From: Diplonema japonicum
Lineage: Eukaryota > Protista > Euglenozoa: Diplonemea
Assembly: GCA_964019335.1 (NCBI GenBank)
Contig: OZ025680.1
Location: 1-64,000 of the forward strand
DNA: 64,000 nucleotides
Direction: 5' to 3'
Shown here: one piece after another, positions 31,841-42,978 of the stretch
Numbering within the stretch: the first letter of the stretch is position 1
Layout: every line of letters starts with the position of its first letter
Translations under genes and position numbers: made by a program
The notes under the pieces: model-generated
Database searches by the model: none
What the model saw: only the letters and a program-made list of their open reading frames with translations
What the model was told of the DNA's origin: nothing

Positions 31841-31936
31841 TGTTGCGCCCGCCTGGCATACAACTTAGTGCGGAGTCCCATATCCTATCCTGTGTGGAAT
31901 GAAGAATGACAATAGAAGTAGAAGCAAAATAACTGA

Positions 31937-34000
31937 TCATTGTTTACTTGTGTGAAGGCGTTGAACAGTGTTCCCCCACTCTGCATGCGTCTGCCGTTTG
32001 AAAGTCGATTTCACGTCGTCGACGTACTTGCTGTGGTTGGCGGCTGCCTTTGCTTTCTTTGCTTCTACGGCGGCAGTATGGAATCTTTCGCTGCAGGTTT
32101 GAATTGCTTCCTTTCCCAGCTTCTTGTCCTTCAACGCCGATGCATGCACCTGGTTGTGCTTATCAAAGAGAGTTTTGCTCTTCCGTGCATTTGCTTCCGT
32201 CAGTGGTTTCCGCTCTTCGTAAAACCTCCTGTTCGCCTCGTCATTTGCACCTTCTACTATCTGCGGGGGCTTCCCAAAAAACCTCATCTGCATTTTAGTT
32301 ATCTCCTTTCGTTCCCACTCCTTCCAGTCACCCGTGACCCACTTCCCCGTCCTTCCAGCGCCCTGCCACGTTGACAGCGTCTTGTTCAGCAGATTGTCAT
32401 GTGTAGCTTGTTTCTGTCGGGTGGCGTCGTCATACAACCGCTTTACGATTTGTTTCACGGGGAGTTTCAGGTTAGGGTTTGGATGGGTCACTATTGGCTG
32501 CAAATACTTCCTCTCTTGCAACTTTTCCCTGCCCTCTTGCTGTACTTCTATTCTAGTGTAAAGCCTATCAAGCAAATCAGGGCTTGCACGAGGTGCCTCT
32601 TTTGTACCACTCTCCGAGTTTTCGCATTTTGCTATGTACTTTCGCCCACCTTCTCTAATACACAGTCTGCTGACTATTTTGTCTATGTTGCGGGATGACT
32701 TTGAGGGGGATACAGGCGGTGCATCGTGCAGCACTTTTGCCTTCACCTTCTTGAGATGTTCTCTGTAGACGTTTTCTAAGTCCTTCACAGGGAGTGTGTA
32801 ACATGTAGTATTCTCTGTCCTGCTTTCTGCGGCATAAACATGTTTAGATGAACCATTGAGGACAATGATGCTTCCATGTGCCACTACCGTGGAGTGTCCA
32901 GTGATGGGCGGCAGTGGCTGCGTCTGTGGTATGTGCACCCACAACTTCAAGACTAAATCAAGCACATAAACATCGTTAATTGCTGCGCAGTGCTCTCCTC
33001 CGATTACTACCATCTTGTCATTCACCACCGTAGCAGTGTGATGCGCACGAGCAGTTGGTACAGCACCAGTACACACCAGTCGTTGCCACTTAGATGTCGT
33101 GGTGTCGAATATCCAGACGGCATTTGACACGAAGAGCTTGCATCCAGCCTCCCCCAGTGCACCCTCAGTTACCCCCAAGTCTTGCTCCGTGCCCATGAGG
33201 CACGCTTTCGAGTTGTTGTCAAGCGCCACTACTTCAATGTCATCTGCGGGGGGCCTGGGCTGCACCTTGGAAAGTGCTGCTTCATCGCATAACATAGGGC
33301 TCTCATCGATGTAACCACCGAAGACTACAATAGTGCTGTTGTGCATTACTGCGGTGTGGAAGGCAACGCGCGGGCCCTGTTGCACGCTCTTCAGCCGTAC
33401 ACAGTGCCACGTCCTGTTCGTGAATTGGTACTTATCAATGTCATTCCGCCACCAACCTCCTTCAGGGCCCCATCCACCAAATACCCACATGACACCACCG
33501 TGCGTTACAGCTGTGTGTCCCCTTCTCCGTGAGTCCCCCTCTGGCATCGAGGATAGCCTTCGCCACGTCAGTGTTGTAAGTTCTATTTCGTAGAAGTGCT
33601 GGTCCCAAAAGGGAAGCTCTGTGCCGTGCTTTGTAAACGTGTGGCCACCAAAAACATACGCCGACTGCCCGTTGATTACCATTGTCTGCGAGTGGTAACT
33701 GCCTTTTGCTATTTTGTTGCCCAATAGTATCACTGCATCCTCATCTTCAGTGTCAGCATTGTTGCATGTTAAGCTGATGAAGTGAGCTGATCTACCTATG
33801 TCTCCTTTCTTTGCGTGCGTAAAGTCTATTCCAACGATGCCTCCCAGGTACTCACCCGTCTCCACGTCCCTTCCGCCGAACTGCAGCAGCCGACCCTCTT
33901 GTGTGACCTTAAGTAAGGAGGTCCCCCTGCTACATGGCAGTACAGTTTCCTTTCCATTGTTAAATGGCTTAAGACGGACAGGGTGCCATGTTATTTTCAT
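31937..34000 (-). CDS. Kelch-repeat protein
   Basis: Repeated H(T/S)A...VFGG...W motifs (RRGHTAV..MWVFGG, AFHTAV..VVFGG, RAHHTAT..VVIGG). Confidence 0.88.
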   Translation of the reverse strand: MKITWHPVRLKPFNNGKETVLPCSRGTSLLKVTQEGRLLQFGGRDVETGEYLGGIVGIDFTHAKKGDIGRSAHFISLTCNNADTEDEDAVILLGNKIAKGSYHSQTMVINGQSAYVFGGHTFTKHGTELPFWDQHFYEIELTTLTWRRLSSMPEGDSRRRGHTAVTHGGVMWVFGGWGPEGGWWRNDIDKYQFTNRTWHCVRLKSVQQGPRVAFHTAVMHNSTIVVFGGYIDESPMLCDEAALSKVQPRPPADDIEVVALDNNSKACLMGTEQDLGVTEGALGEAGCKLFVSNAVWIFDTTTSKWQRLVCTGAVPTARAHHTATVVNDKMVVIGGEHCAAINDVYVLDLVLKLWVHIPQTQPLPPITGHSTVVAHGSIIVLNGSSKHVYAAESRTENTTCYTLPVKDLENVYREHLKKVKAKVLHDAPPVSPSKSSRNIDKIVSRLCIREGGRKYIAKCENSESGTKEAPRASPDLLDRLYTRIEVQQEGREKLQERKYLQPIVTHPNPNLKLPVKQIVKRLYDDATRQKQATHDNLLNKTLSTWQGAGRTGKWVTGDWKEWERKEITKMQMRFFGKPPQIVEGANDEANRRFYEERKPLTEANARKSKTLFDKHNQVHASALKDKKLGKEAIQTCSERFHTAAVEAKKAKAAANHSKYVDDVKSTFKRQTHAEWGNTVQRLHTSKQ

Positions 34001-34074
34001 AACCTATATTGGCGGTACTACAAGCTGGAACAAAACCAGTGCAAGGCAGCCGGGTGGGCTGTAACTGCTCCCAA

Positions 34075-35609
34075 CTAAGAACCTCTCGAGGCATCCCAGA
34101 GGCTTTGAAATAAGTCTTCCGGTGATTCTTGCTTCCGCTTCTCTTGAACAGGTATCGGTATAGGCTGGGTAGTTTGGAGAGGTGAAGAAAAGGACGTGAG
34201 GGGTGCAGGGGTGGCGGTGAGGGCGTGAGAAACTGGCTTATTAAAGCAATCAAGGATCTCTGCGTGTGGGTGGTTGGTGGCCATGCCTTGCGCCCGTCTC
34301 CCATAATCCCTTGATGTCGTTGTTGGAGAAGCTGTAAGGAAGGATAACAAATCATTGCCGATAGAGGACTTCGGTGTGTCATCAGTCGCCTGAGGTGACT
34401 CTACTTCACACTCCCAAAAGACCTCAAGTGGGAAGGCGTTGTTGTCCTCTCCTGTTGTAGGCGTCATGGCATCATGTGATATGAGGTCAACTTCCTCTTC
34501 TTTCGGTGGCTTCTCCACGGGCTTTTCCTTCTTCTCAGGTTTAGGCGACACAGGCTTTGCCTGCACTCTGGGCGATGTGGGCGGCGACGCTGTGGGCGAC
34601 TCATCTTTTCTTTTCTTACTCGGCTTCCAGACATGCTTCAGCCACCGCTGTGATCCCGGCTTCTTCGGTGCCAAGGATGACGCAACTGCCGCATGTCTCT
34701 TCCTCAGCTTCATGGGGTCCCACTTGGGTACCCTTTCCCAGTCCACCTTGAACCCCAACGGGAGGTTTTTAGCAAGTTCAGTTATACTCTGCGCTAGCTG
34801 AACCGATTGAGGAATGTCAGTATCAAAAGAAGCCAGTTGCTTGACCAAATCTCTCTTGATAGACTGGAGTATAGCCACTGCCCACACGAAGATAGGCGTG
34901 CTCGAGAGTGCACCAACATCCCCGGCCCTTGAACCCTCCAGCATCAGCAACGAGTCCCATAAACAAAGGACAGACTCTTTCGGCAAAACACCTCCGAAAA
35001 CAGGAAGCAGCCATTTTGGAGATAGCAGTGCTACTGCGTCTTTAAAATTCTGCTCGCCCACACGGGCTGCCAAGTCCGGTAGCCGCTCACAGCATATCTC
35101 CTATTGTTGTGCTTGCATATATTTAACCCCTTACCTACCTGTAGGAGTAACGTGTCTGCTCTGTGACCCGAAAGCGGTGGCTCGGCATTGTAGAGCCCCG
35201 GTGAGAGACCTCGCGTCACTATCGCTACGAATATCCAAAATGCATTCTGCGTGTTCTTAACTACGCAAAGGGGTACGACGGCGAGAAGAGTCATACCCTG
35301 TGGAATTGAATACATGTGTTGTTACCATACCTGAACGTAAGGGGCTGCGTCAGGTAGCTCTTCCATCGAATAACCAACCCAAGCCTCCAAAATTGCACGC
35401 AGTGAGTGCTTATATTCTTCAATTTTGTCTTCGTCAGTCTCCCATAAACCAAAAGGTGTACGCGGAATATCCAGTCCTATCTGATTCACCTCACCTTCCA
35501 CACAGCACCCCGCTACATGGAATTGCTCAAATGTGCGCTTCGCTCTCTGCTGGACCTTCTTAGCTATCCGCAGCCATGTTTCGATACGGTCCCCGTTGTA
35601 CCCGTTCAT
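34075..35609 (-). CDS. Rab-GAP TBC-domain protein, multi-exon
   Basis: QIGLDIPRT (IxxDxxR), YVQ/GM across an intron, and KWLLPVF...VLCLWD. Confidence 0.85.
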
Positions 35610-35702
35610 CCTTTTGTTTGAATCTTATTTGTTGTAACGAGACTATAAAAAGAACATCTCATTGAGACATGGTCTATAGATCCTATTGCACATAAAGTAG
35701 TG

Positions 35703-38700
35703 CTATGAGGCCTTTCGCCTCTTGAGCACGCTGCTGGCTTTCGTGTAATCTTCGTAAGTGTCTCTGATGTCGTCCGATTTCCTGATGTCCACCTTCGTGG
35801 GCTGGGTACCTTCGTGTTTTGAGGCGAAGCTGTGACGTGTGTTATGCTTTTACTACAGGTGTACATACTCTTCCTTCCAAGCATTTAGCTTCCCAACCAA
35901 AGACTTGACAAGCGCTTTCAACTCACTTAAAGGCATCTCTTCGTAATTCTTGGGGTCGAGAGAAGGCACAGATGGGACTGATGGTTCGGAGGGTTTCACT
36001 TCCGGAGACTTAGACTTCGCTTTATCTTTCTGTTGGAAAAAGATCAATAAATGTATGCATGTGACTTACCTGCAGTGCCAAGTATTCGCCATACACCTCG
36101 GCAATATCAGGATCAGATTTCAGTACGTTCTTCGTGGGTTCTTTTCCATGTTTTTCCTTGAACCTGTGAACGCGTGTTGTGTTTGCTTTTGTTTTCATAC
36201 GCTGCCTTCCAATCATTGAGCTGTTTCACCAGTTCGCTTTTCCTCGCCTTCTTTTTCTTCTCCTTCCGCGGTTTTGCACTTCCGGTATCAGTGTCTTGCC
36301 CGCTAGCAGTTTTGCTTGTATCTTGCTCTATTGATAGCATGGTACTTCCGACCGGACTCTTAACAACAGGGTTTTCTGCTTTAGGGCTCTCTGCAACAGC
36401 GACATTTTCAATTTGGCTTAGAACCTTCTCTTCCTGACCAGCACCTTTTTCCTCTACTGAAGGACTTTCAAGAGGGCTTTCTACCTTCGGGCTCTCCACA
36501 GGACTCGACAAGCTTGCAACAGGGCTTACCTTTACCTCCGGGCTTTCAGCTTTAGGGCTTGGAACATTTGGAACATCTGCAACAGAGGCTTCTTGAACTT
36601 TCACTTCTGTTACCTTCCGGCTTTCAGTTTTAGGGCTTGGAACATCTGGAACATCTGCAACAGGGGCTTCTTGAACTTTCACTTCTGTTACCTTCGGGCT
36701 TTCAGCTTCAGGGCTTGGAACATCTGGAACATCTGCAACAGGGGCTTCTTGAGCTTTCATTTCTGTATTCTGCTGTTCTTCTTTCATTTCAAGGCTCGTC
36801 TCTTCTGAGCGTTTGTGTGCTTCGCTGTGCGGTACAGTCTCCACAAGACTCATTTCGGGGCTTGCCTCAGGAGTGATTTCTGGTGCTTCAAGAACGGCAT
36901 CTGCCTTTTCGTTCTTCGGTTCTGCTTCCACTGCTCCCACGGCTTCTTGTTTCGAATTCGGTTCGGTTTTGGTTTCTTTCTGTGGTTGTTCATCAGGCGG
37001 TGTGCCTTGCTCAGCTACGGCAACTACTTCTGCTTCCGCTTCGATCCCGCTAGGAGAAGTAGCAGGAAGAGTCAAGGGTGTGGTCTCTTGTGAAGAGCGG
37101 GGAGTCGTCTCCTTGGCTTTGCGCTCCTTCTTGCTCTTCTTCGGTAAAGGGTCGTTGACAGGAGACGCACGAGGCGATTTGAGATACTGATACTCCTTAT
37201 AAACTTTCGCAATGGAGCTGTCAGATGCTAGAGTTGCTTTGGTAGGGTTGTTGCCGTGTTTGGCAGTGTACTTCTCTTTCCACTCGTTTAGCTGCTTAGC
37301 CAAAGCCCTTTTGCGTCGCTTCTTATCTAATTCCAAGTCAGCTCCAAGCTGCGCAGCAGCTTGCACAGGGGTGCTTTCTTCTTGCTTTTTGACCATAGCT
37401 GCTTTCATCTCTTGCAATTTTCTCTCTTCAAGGCTTATCTGCTCGAAGCAACTTGCCATCTGCTCGCTTACAGGTGAAATATCTGCGATCTCTTCCTCGG
37501 CAATAGCTTCCTGTGCGCGATGGTAAAGAAGTCAAAACATACCCTTGCAGCTGTCTCTTTCGAGAACAACGCCATGTTGCTAGTGTACCATTTCTGCTGA
37601 AGACGTACGCCCTGGAAGGAGATATATGAAAGCGAACAGCATACCTTGAGCAGGTCTTCTGACAGCTCTGTCCAGGCTTTCCACTCGACATTTTCTTCTT
37701 TCGTCGTCTTCGCTCGCTGCTGTGTTTCTTCAGTTTCGCATGCTTGTCTTGCAGCTGCTTGCTTTGCGAGGTGCTTGCATTCCTTCTCACGTTGTGCTCG
37801 AATGATGCCCGTGTTCTCTTTCCACACCTCCTGCCGCTTGGTGCCCTCTTCCTGATCTAGACGCCCCCGGTAGATGTTCTCCCCTGATGTCATATTCTCG
37901 ATCTTTTTCACAAAGTTCTCTGTGATAACCACCTCATCGACCTCTACTACTTCTGACACCTGGAACGAGTCTGCCTCCGCCCTTCCGAAGAACGTACCTT
38001 TCCGAGACACAGCAAACAAGGCTTCTGCGGCGAAGTCCTCAGGACTCTGTTCTATTAGTTCTTCTTCTTCTTCCTCCTCGCATTCTTCAACCTTTGCAGG
38101 GAGAAGTTCTTCTTTCTTACTCACCAGCTGTATGAACATCCTGAGAACCAGCAGTTTGAACAACACACGAAGCATCTTTGGGTCGATAAGGGCAAAAAAA
38201 CGTGTCCGCCGGTTCATTCTATGATGCAAGAATGCAGAAACCACAGGCAGTGTGAACGCCCTCTTACCTACAGTGAGAGACCTAGGGCTGTGCACCCTGT
38301 ACTCATGGATCAACTGCTCGAGGGTGGACTCGAATGTAGGTGCCAAGGGATGGATGGCATTCAAGTGGTGAGTTACTCTTAGCTTCTGGCAGGCATGATA
38401 GCACCTTGTAACTCGCTGTATATGAAAGAGCAGGGATTCGATCCGTATGAGCTCAGGGGTGGCGTGCAAGAACGACACCTCCATGAGCATGGCGTTTGCG
38501 TCGCGCAAAACGTCGAGAAACCTGTTTGTCTGGTTCTCTCTTTTGATCTCACCGACAAGTGCCTGGCTCACTGGCCACATGTACCGCACACTTGACGACT
38601 GTGGGATTATGGAATACGTGGGCAGGAGCTGCTCATCTTCCTCGCCCTCCGCAGAAGAGAAGAGTTCCTGTTGCGTGAGTCGATGCTTAAGAAGGGACTG

Positions 38701-40769
38701 CAACATCTCCAATTCGTAGTCGCCTTTGTTGATGGACAAGGGGTTCTTGTCGCTGCAAGGACCACTCGTAGGCGATACCTGCCCTTCCGGTACTGGAATG
38801 AACTCTTCTGGTGCAAAATGCAGTGTCACGTCGTTCTTCTTAGCCTCGTCGCCTTCGCCTGAACCCCCGTCGTTCTCGTCCTCAGCGTGAAGCGACCTCT
38901 GCAACACTTCCATAAGCAGAGCTTCGTCCGTGACAGGCACGCTGCCGACGGCAGTCACCCGTCTGCTGATAAAGTTCTCCACAACAGCGACTTCAGGCAG
39001 ATCACGAACCTTCTGAGACACCAGCACCTGCTGCCCTTCAAACTCGAAGACCTGCTTGAAATGCAACAAAAGCATCTCGCAGTCGACGATCACTTCGTTC
39101 AGGATATTGTCTTCAACATACATCGACACCACATTCAGCACTTCCTTCAACAGCCCTCCTTCAGCACACCTGTTGCACACGTCTGCGGCCACAGCCTTGG
39201 TATCGACTGTGTTAGAGGAGAGTACCAGCTTAACAACGGCAAGGTCCTCTTCGAACACCACACTGCCTATGACGATGTCGTTGCCAGCGAGAGACGTCTC
39301 CCCGAAAAGCATGAAGTCACTGATAAAGGTTTCCTCCTCAAACGGCAAGGTTACCTTCGCCACAACAATCACTGAGTTGGAGCCTCCTGCCAACGGTTTG
39401 TAAGATGCACTCCTGCCTTTAATAAGCTTCTCTCTACAAAGATCAACAATCATGCCCTTCAACGATTTTCCTAAATGTAGATGTTTTCTGTTTTCCTCCC
39501 GCATCTTCGTAAGGTAAATGGACTTTGCCCTCTCTCGCATGATGGCACCCCCTGGTTGCATCAGTACGGAGAAGTCATGACTCACGTAGTACATACAAGC
39601 CATGCCCACGACGTACAACACAAAGACGATGAGTAGAATGGATTCCATTGCTTGGCCTTGCTCCTTTTCTGTCACTAAACGGGCTCCACAAAGTGTTATG
39701 AACCCCCATGTAGCGTAGAAGGTCAGTGACCAACACAAAAGCAACTGCCCCCAATCCGAAGATGTCACACGATAGCACCGAAGAAAAAATGTGTAGAGCA
39801 GCGTAGGGAGGGAATAGACAGCGACGCATATGCCTGCAACTTGGTACTTTGCATCAGATGTTTTCACCGCATGCACATTCGACACACATATCAGCAGCAC
39901 CATAAGCAGTTTTTGAATGAGGTACCATGGGAGCAGAAACCTCCCCCCTCTTGTGAAGCTGGACATCAGCCATAGCCTCTTGTCACGAAACAATGTGCTA
40001 AGTTTCAACATGTACTCTAGCTCACGAGTTCTTATGTACGTTTCATGCCGCAAAGTTGTTTTGTACAACGTCTGGAACCGTATCCTTCTGACGAGCACCC
40101 ATGGCAGGCCAATGACGAACAGCAAGGCGGGCAGAGACCACAGCATGCCAAGCAAGCTGGGTTCGCACTCCCACTTTTCGACTACAAATGCTTTGTAATC
40201 ACACACTAAGTACATGGTCTTCAGCAGCACAGGTAGATAAAAAAAGCAGAGTAGTGGACATGCTATTCGCTCGACATTCCGGGCAAGTGCTGGTCCCAAG
40301 AGACCCAAGTCAGGGACCAACTGCAGACCTAGCCACAGTACAAACAGAGCGGCGCCGAGTACTGTATAAATACCACTCCCAAGTGTTGAGGGTTCGGACA
40401 GAATAGGCTGGCACGTTGAGCCAACCAGTTGGCAGTTAGATGTTTCAATGGTGCAATTCAAGCACTTAGGAATCTCGTAGTCACGGATGGTGTTGAAGTC
40501 CAGTGCTGCGTAGAGCGTGAAGTGAGTCCTTCTCCAGAAATGCCACGGCCACTGCAGAGGGAACAACCACAGTAAAGCGAAGTCCTGAACACAGCTGAGC
40601 AGCAGCAACCACTTTTCACTCCAAAACATATCAACGCCCAAGAACGTGTCCAGCTCACCATTGTAGCGTAGTCTTGCGAGCTCCCGTGCACTCTCTTTTG
40701 TTGTCTCTGGCTCCGACCCGTCTATTTGCGGCAACAAATCCTCCTCTTCTTCATCTTCATCCATCATCC
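35703..40769 (-). CDS. Large multi-pass membrane protein with a long acidic C-terminal tail carrying three W-x3-(F/Y)-x2-KH..PTK helical repeats, multi-exon
   Basis: Many hydrophobic segments in 39500-40650. The 37468-40863, 36113-37459, 36022-36216 and 35853-36047 ORFs join through short GT-AG introns to a TAG at 35703. Confidence 0.75.
36530..36765 (-). repeat. Coding tandem repeat of 78 bp (26 aa), three copies
   Basis: QEAPVADVPDVPSP.(A/T)ES.KVTEVKV is repeated. Confidence 0.9.
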
Positions 40770-40849
40770 TGTAGTGAGTGCTCCGACTGCAGGTTTTGAA
40801 GCCGAAAAAACTCAATGGGAGAAGTGTATTGGGAAAAGGGCAAGGCAGT

Positions 40850-42056
40850 CTAAGCAACGGCACAGCAGCTGCCCTTACTTTTTGGTTTGTTATTTTTGTA
40901 CAATGGGCAATCCTTGCCTTTGAACTTGTAGTTGTGCCCCAACTGGGTCGTGCGTTCCTCCGTGATCACAACCTCCACGTGCGGGGCGTTGAATTTGAAA
41001 TGCGCAACTAGAGTTTTTGTAGAGTTTATCTGTGGAGAGCATACCGATGTCCTCTTCTTCTTTATCGTAGAACGTGTCTGTGATATTCAGTCGGATCAGG
41101 CAGGGCAGAGAGCTAAGCTGTTTCACTGTTTGGACATTATACTTGACGTCCCCTTCACACATAGGATTGTTGCTGAGGTTTATCTCTCTTAAGTTCATGC
41201 CCTTTTCCAACCCGCTCACATCACGTACCTCGTTGTCACTAACGTCCAGAAACTGCAGCAGCGGCATTGTCTCCACACCTTTGAAGTTATTAAAGCGGTT
41301 GTGGTGCAGGCAGAGCCACGTGAGGTTTGGGGCAAACGTGAGGCCACGGAAGGAAGTAATGTCTGACTGGGTTAGATCAAGCCATTCGAGGGCAGGGCTG
41401 ACATTCAGTCCTGTGAAATCAGTGAAATAGTTCCCGCTGGCGTCCAACCAGCGCAGATACGGAGCACCGGAGATCCCTTGAAGAGACTTGAGGTTGTTCC
41501 AAGAGAGTGTAATCCTCATAAGTGCGGGGAACTTCTCAAGAGCAGCAATCTTTGTAAGCTTGTTGTCGTGAAAGTTAAGGTGCGTCACAGCAGGGTTCAC
41601 ATCCAGGTTCTGGTCTGTTGTGGTGTAGTCATGTCCAGACAAGTCCGTGGTGACTTCGGCTGCGGGCTCATAGCTTGTATTAGCTACGTAAGGCTCAGAT
41701 TGGTTGTAGGCATTCACACTATGGGCAGCAACGTTGGTAGGATAGTTGTCGATACAGCCGCTGGGCATGCCGTAGTAGTACGGGGGCGGGGGTACTCCAG
41801 TATTTGCTTGCACAGGAGCAGCCATCTGTGGAGCAGGCGGTGCTGTAGGCTGGTAATAGGCCACAGGCGGTTGAAAGTAGTAAGGGTTAGGAACATTCCT
41901 GTTTGCGTATTCGTTAACCCAACAATGACAACATACTGCGCTGGGTATGCGGCAGCCGGTTTGATGGGCTCGCCAACCATAACGTTCCCTGTGGCTGTCT
42001 GCAAGTATGTGGCACATACCATTAGGGTCTTGCGTGAAGATAGGATCAGAGCCCAT
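40850..42056 (-). CDS. Leucine-rich repeat protein with a C-terminal CaaX-like motif (GSCCAVA*)
   Basis: Seven LxxLxLxxNx repeats. Removing a 37-nt GT-AG intron near 41008-41044 gives the ...KSKGSCCAVA terminus. Confidence 0.8.
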
Positions 42057-42296
42057 TGTTTGTGTTACTTTCGAGGGGTTGTTGTTATGAGGGCGTAAAA
42101 AAAATCTTCGATGAAATATCCTCCAAAAAAAAAAAAACAACTAAATTATATCAATGTCACCGACACCGACTGGTGCAGTGGCAGATGTAGCTGCGAGTGG
42201 GGAGCATGGAATGGGCTTAAGTTATGTTCTACCGTTAAACACTCTGTATAAAAAGTGGTTGGAAGCAGTTGGCTTCTTGTGGGTCTGCAAGCAAGC

Positions 42297-42953
42297 TTAG
42301 AGCTCCTCCGTACTTCCCTTCGGGTACGGATTTTCGCCTGTCTCGGCAGTTTTCGGGATGGGCGCACCGCCCTTTACCTGCTGCTGGGTGAGCTTCTTGA
42401 TCTTCATGTATTCAGGGGTCATAGGCAGCAGCTCCTTCACATGGTTCATGCCTGTGCAGTAACGCTCCTGCTTCACGCACAGGGCGTAGCCCAGGGCCTC
42501 CATGTCTCCATCGCCGATGCCGCGGCCAGTCATGATGAGCTTCTCGAGGTCCTCCTCATGCTTCTCGACGAGCTTGTCGCAGAAGATGCGCAGCAGGTGG
42601 CTGCTGATCGCGTAGTCCTTGTGCTGGCTGTGTGTCTCCACCTTGGTCGCCTGGTCTGCTCTTCGGAACTGTTTGATCTTGTTATCGTTGCGCTTGAACA
42701 GTGCGTACCCCTTCATCAGCGGGCACAGCTTTTCGATGATTTCTGTGGTGCGTAGCTCGCTCACCTCCCAGTTATCCTTGCCAGGCAATGTGTACCCTTG
42801 CCTCTCAGAGCTAAGCAGAGCACCCAACTCCCAAGCAATTGAAAGACACGATGTGCATGCGTAGTCTTTCTCCAAATCAATCACCTCAGGTTCCCCTGCA
42901 CCGACCGTTCGGTCACAAAGGGCCACCAGAACTAAACAAAGCAGGACTCTCAT
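42297..42953 (-). CDS. Canopy/MSAP-like saposin-fold ER protein
   Basis: Signal peptide, CTSC...SELRTTEIIEKLC...CDKLVEKHEE...LC...YC, and a C-terminal TEEL ER-retention-like motif. Confidence 0.8.
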   Translation of the reverse strand: MRVLLCLVLVALCDRTVGAGEPEVIDLEKDYACTSCLSIAWELGALLSSERQGYTLPGKDNWEVSELRTTEIIEKLCPLMKGYALFKRNDNKIKQFRRADQATKVETHSQHKDYAISSHLLRIFCDKLVEKHEEDLEKLIMTGRGIGDGDMEALGYALCVKQERYCTGMNHVKELLPMTPEYMKIKKLTQQQVKGGAPIPKTAETGENPYPKGSTEEL

Positions 42954-42978
42954 TTTCTTTCCTTTCTCATTTGAGTTG

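Noticed and set aside
36530-36765. CRISPR-like spaced repeats
   Set aside because: These are contiguous in-frame 78-bp coding repeats without unique spacers, in eukaryotic DNA.
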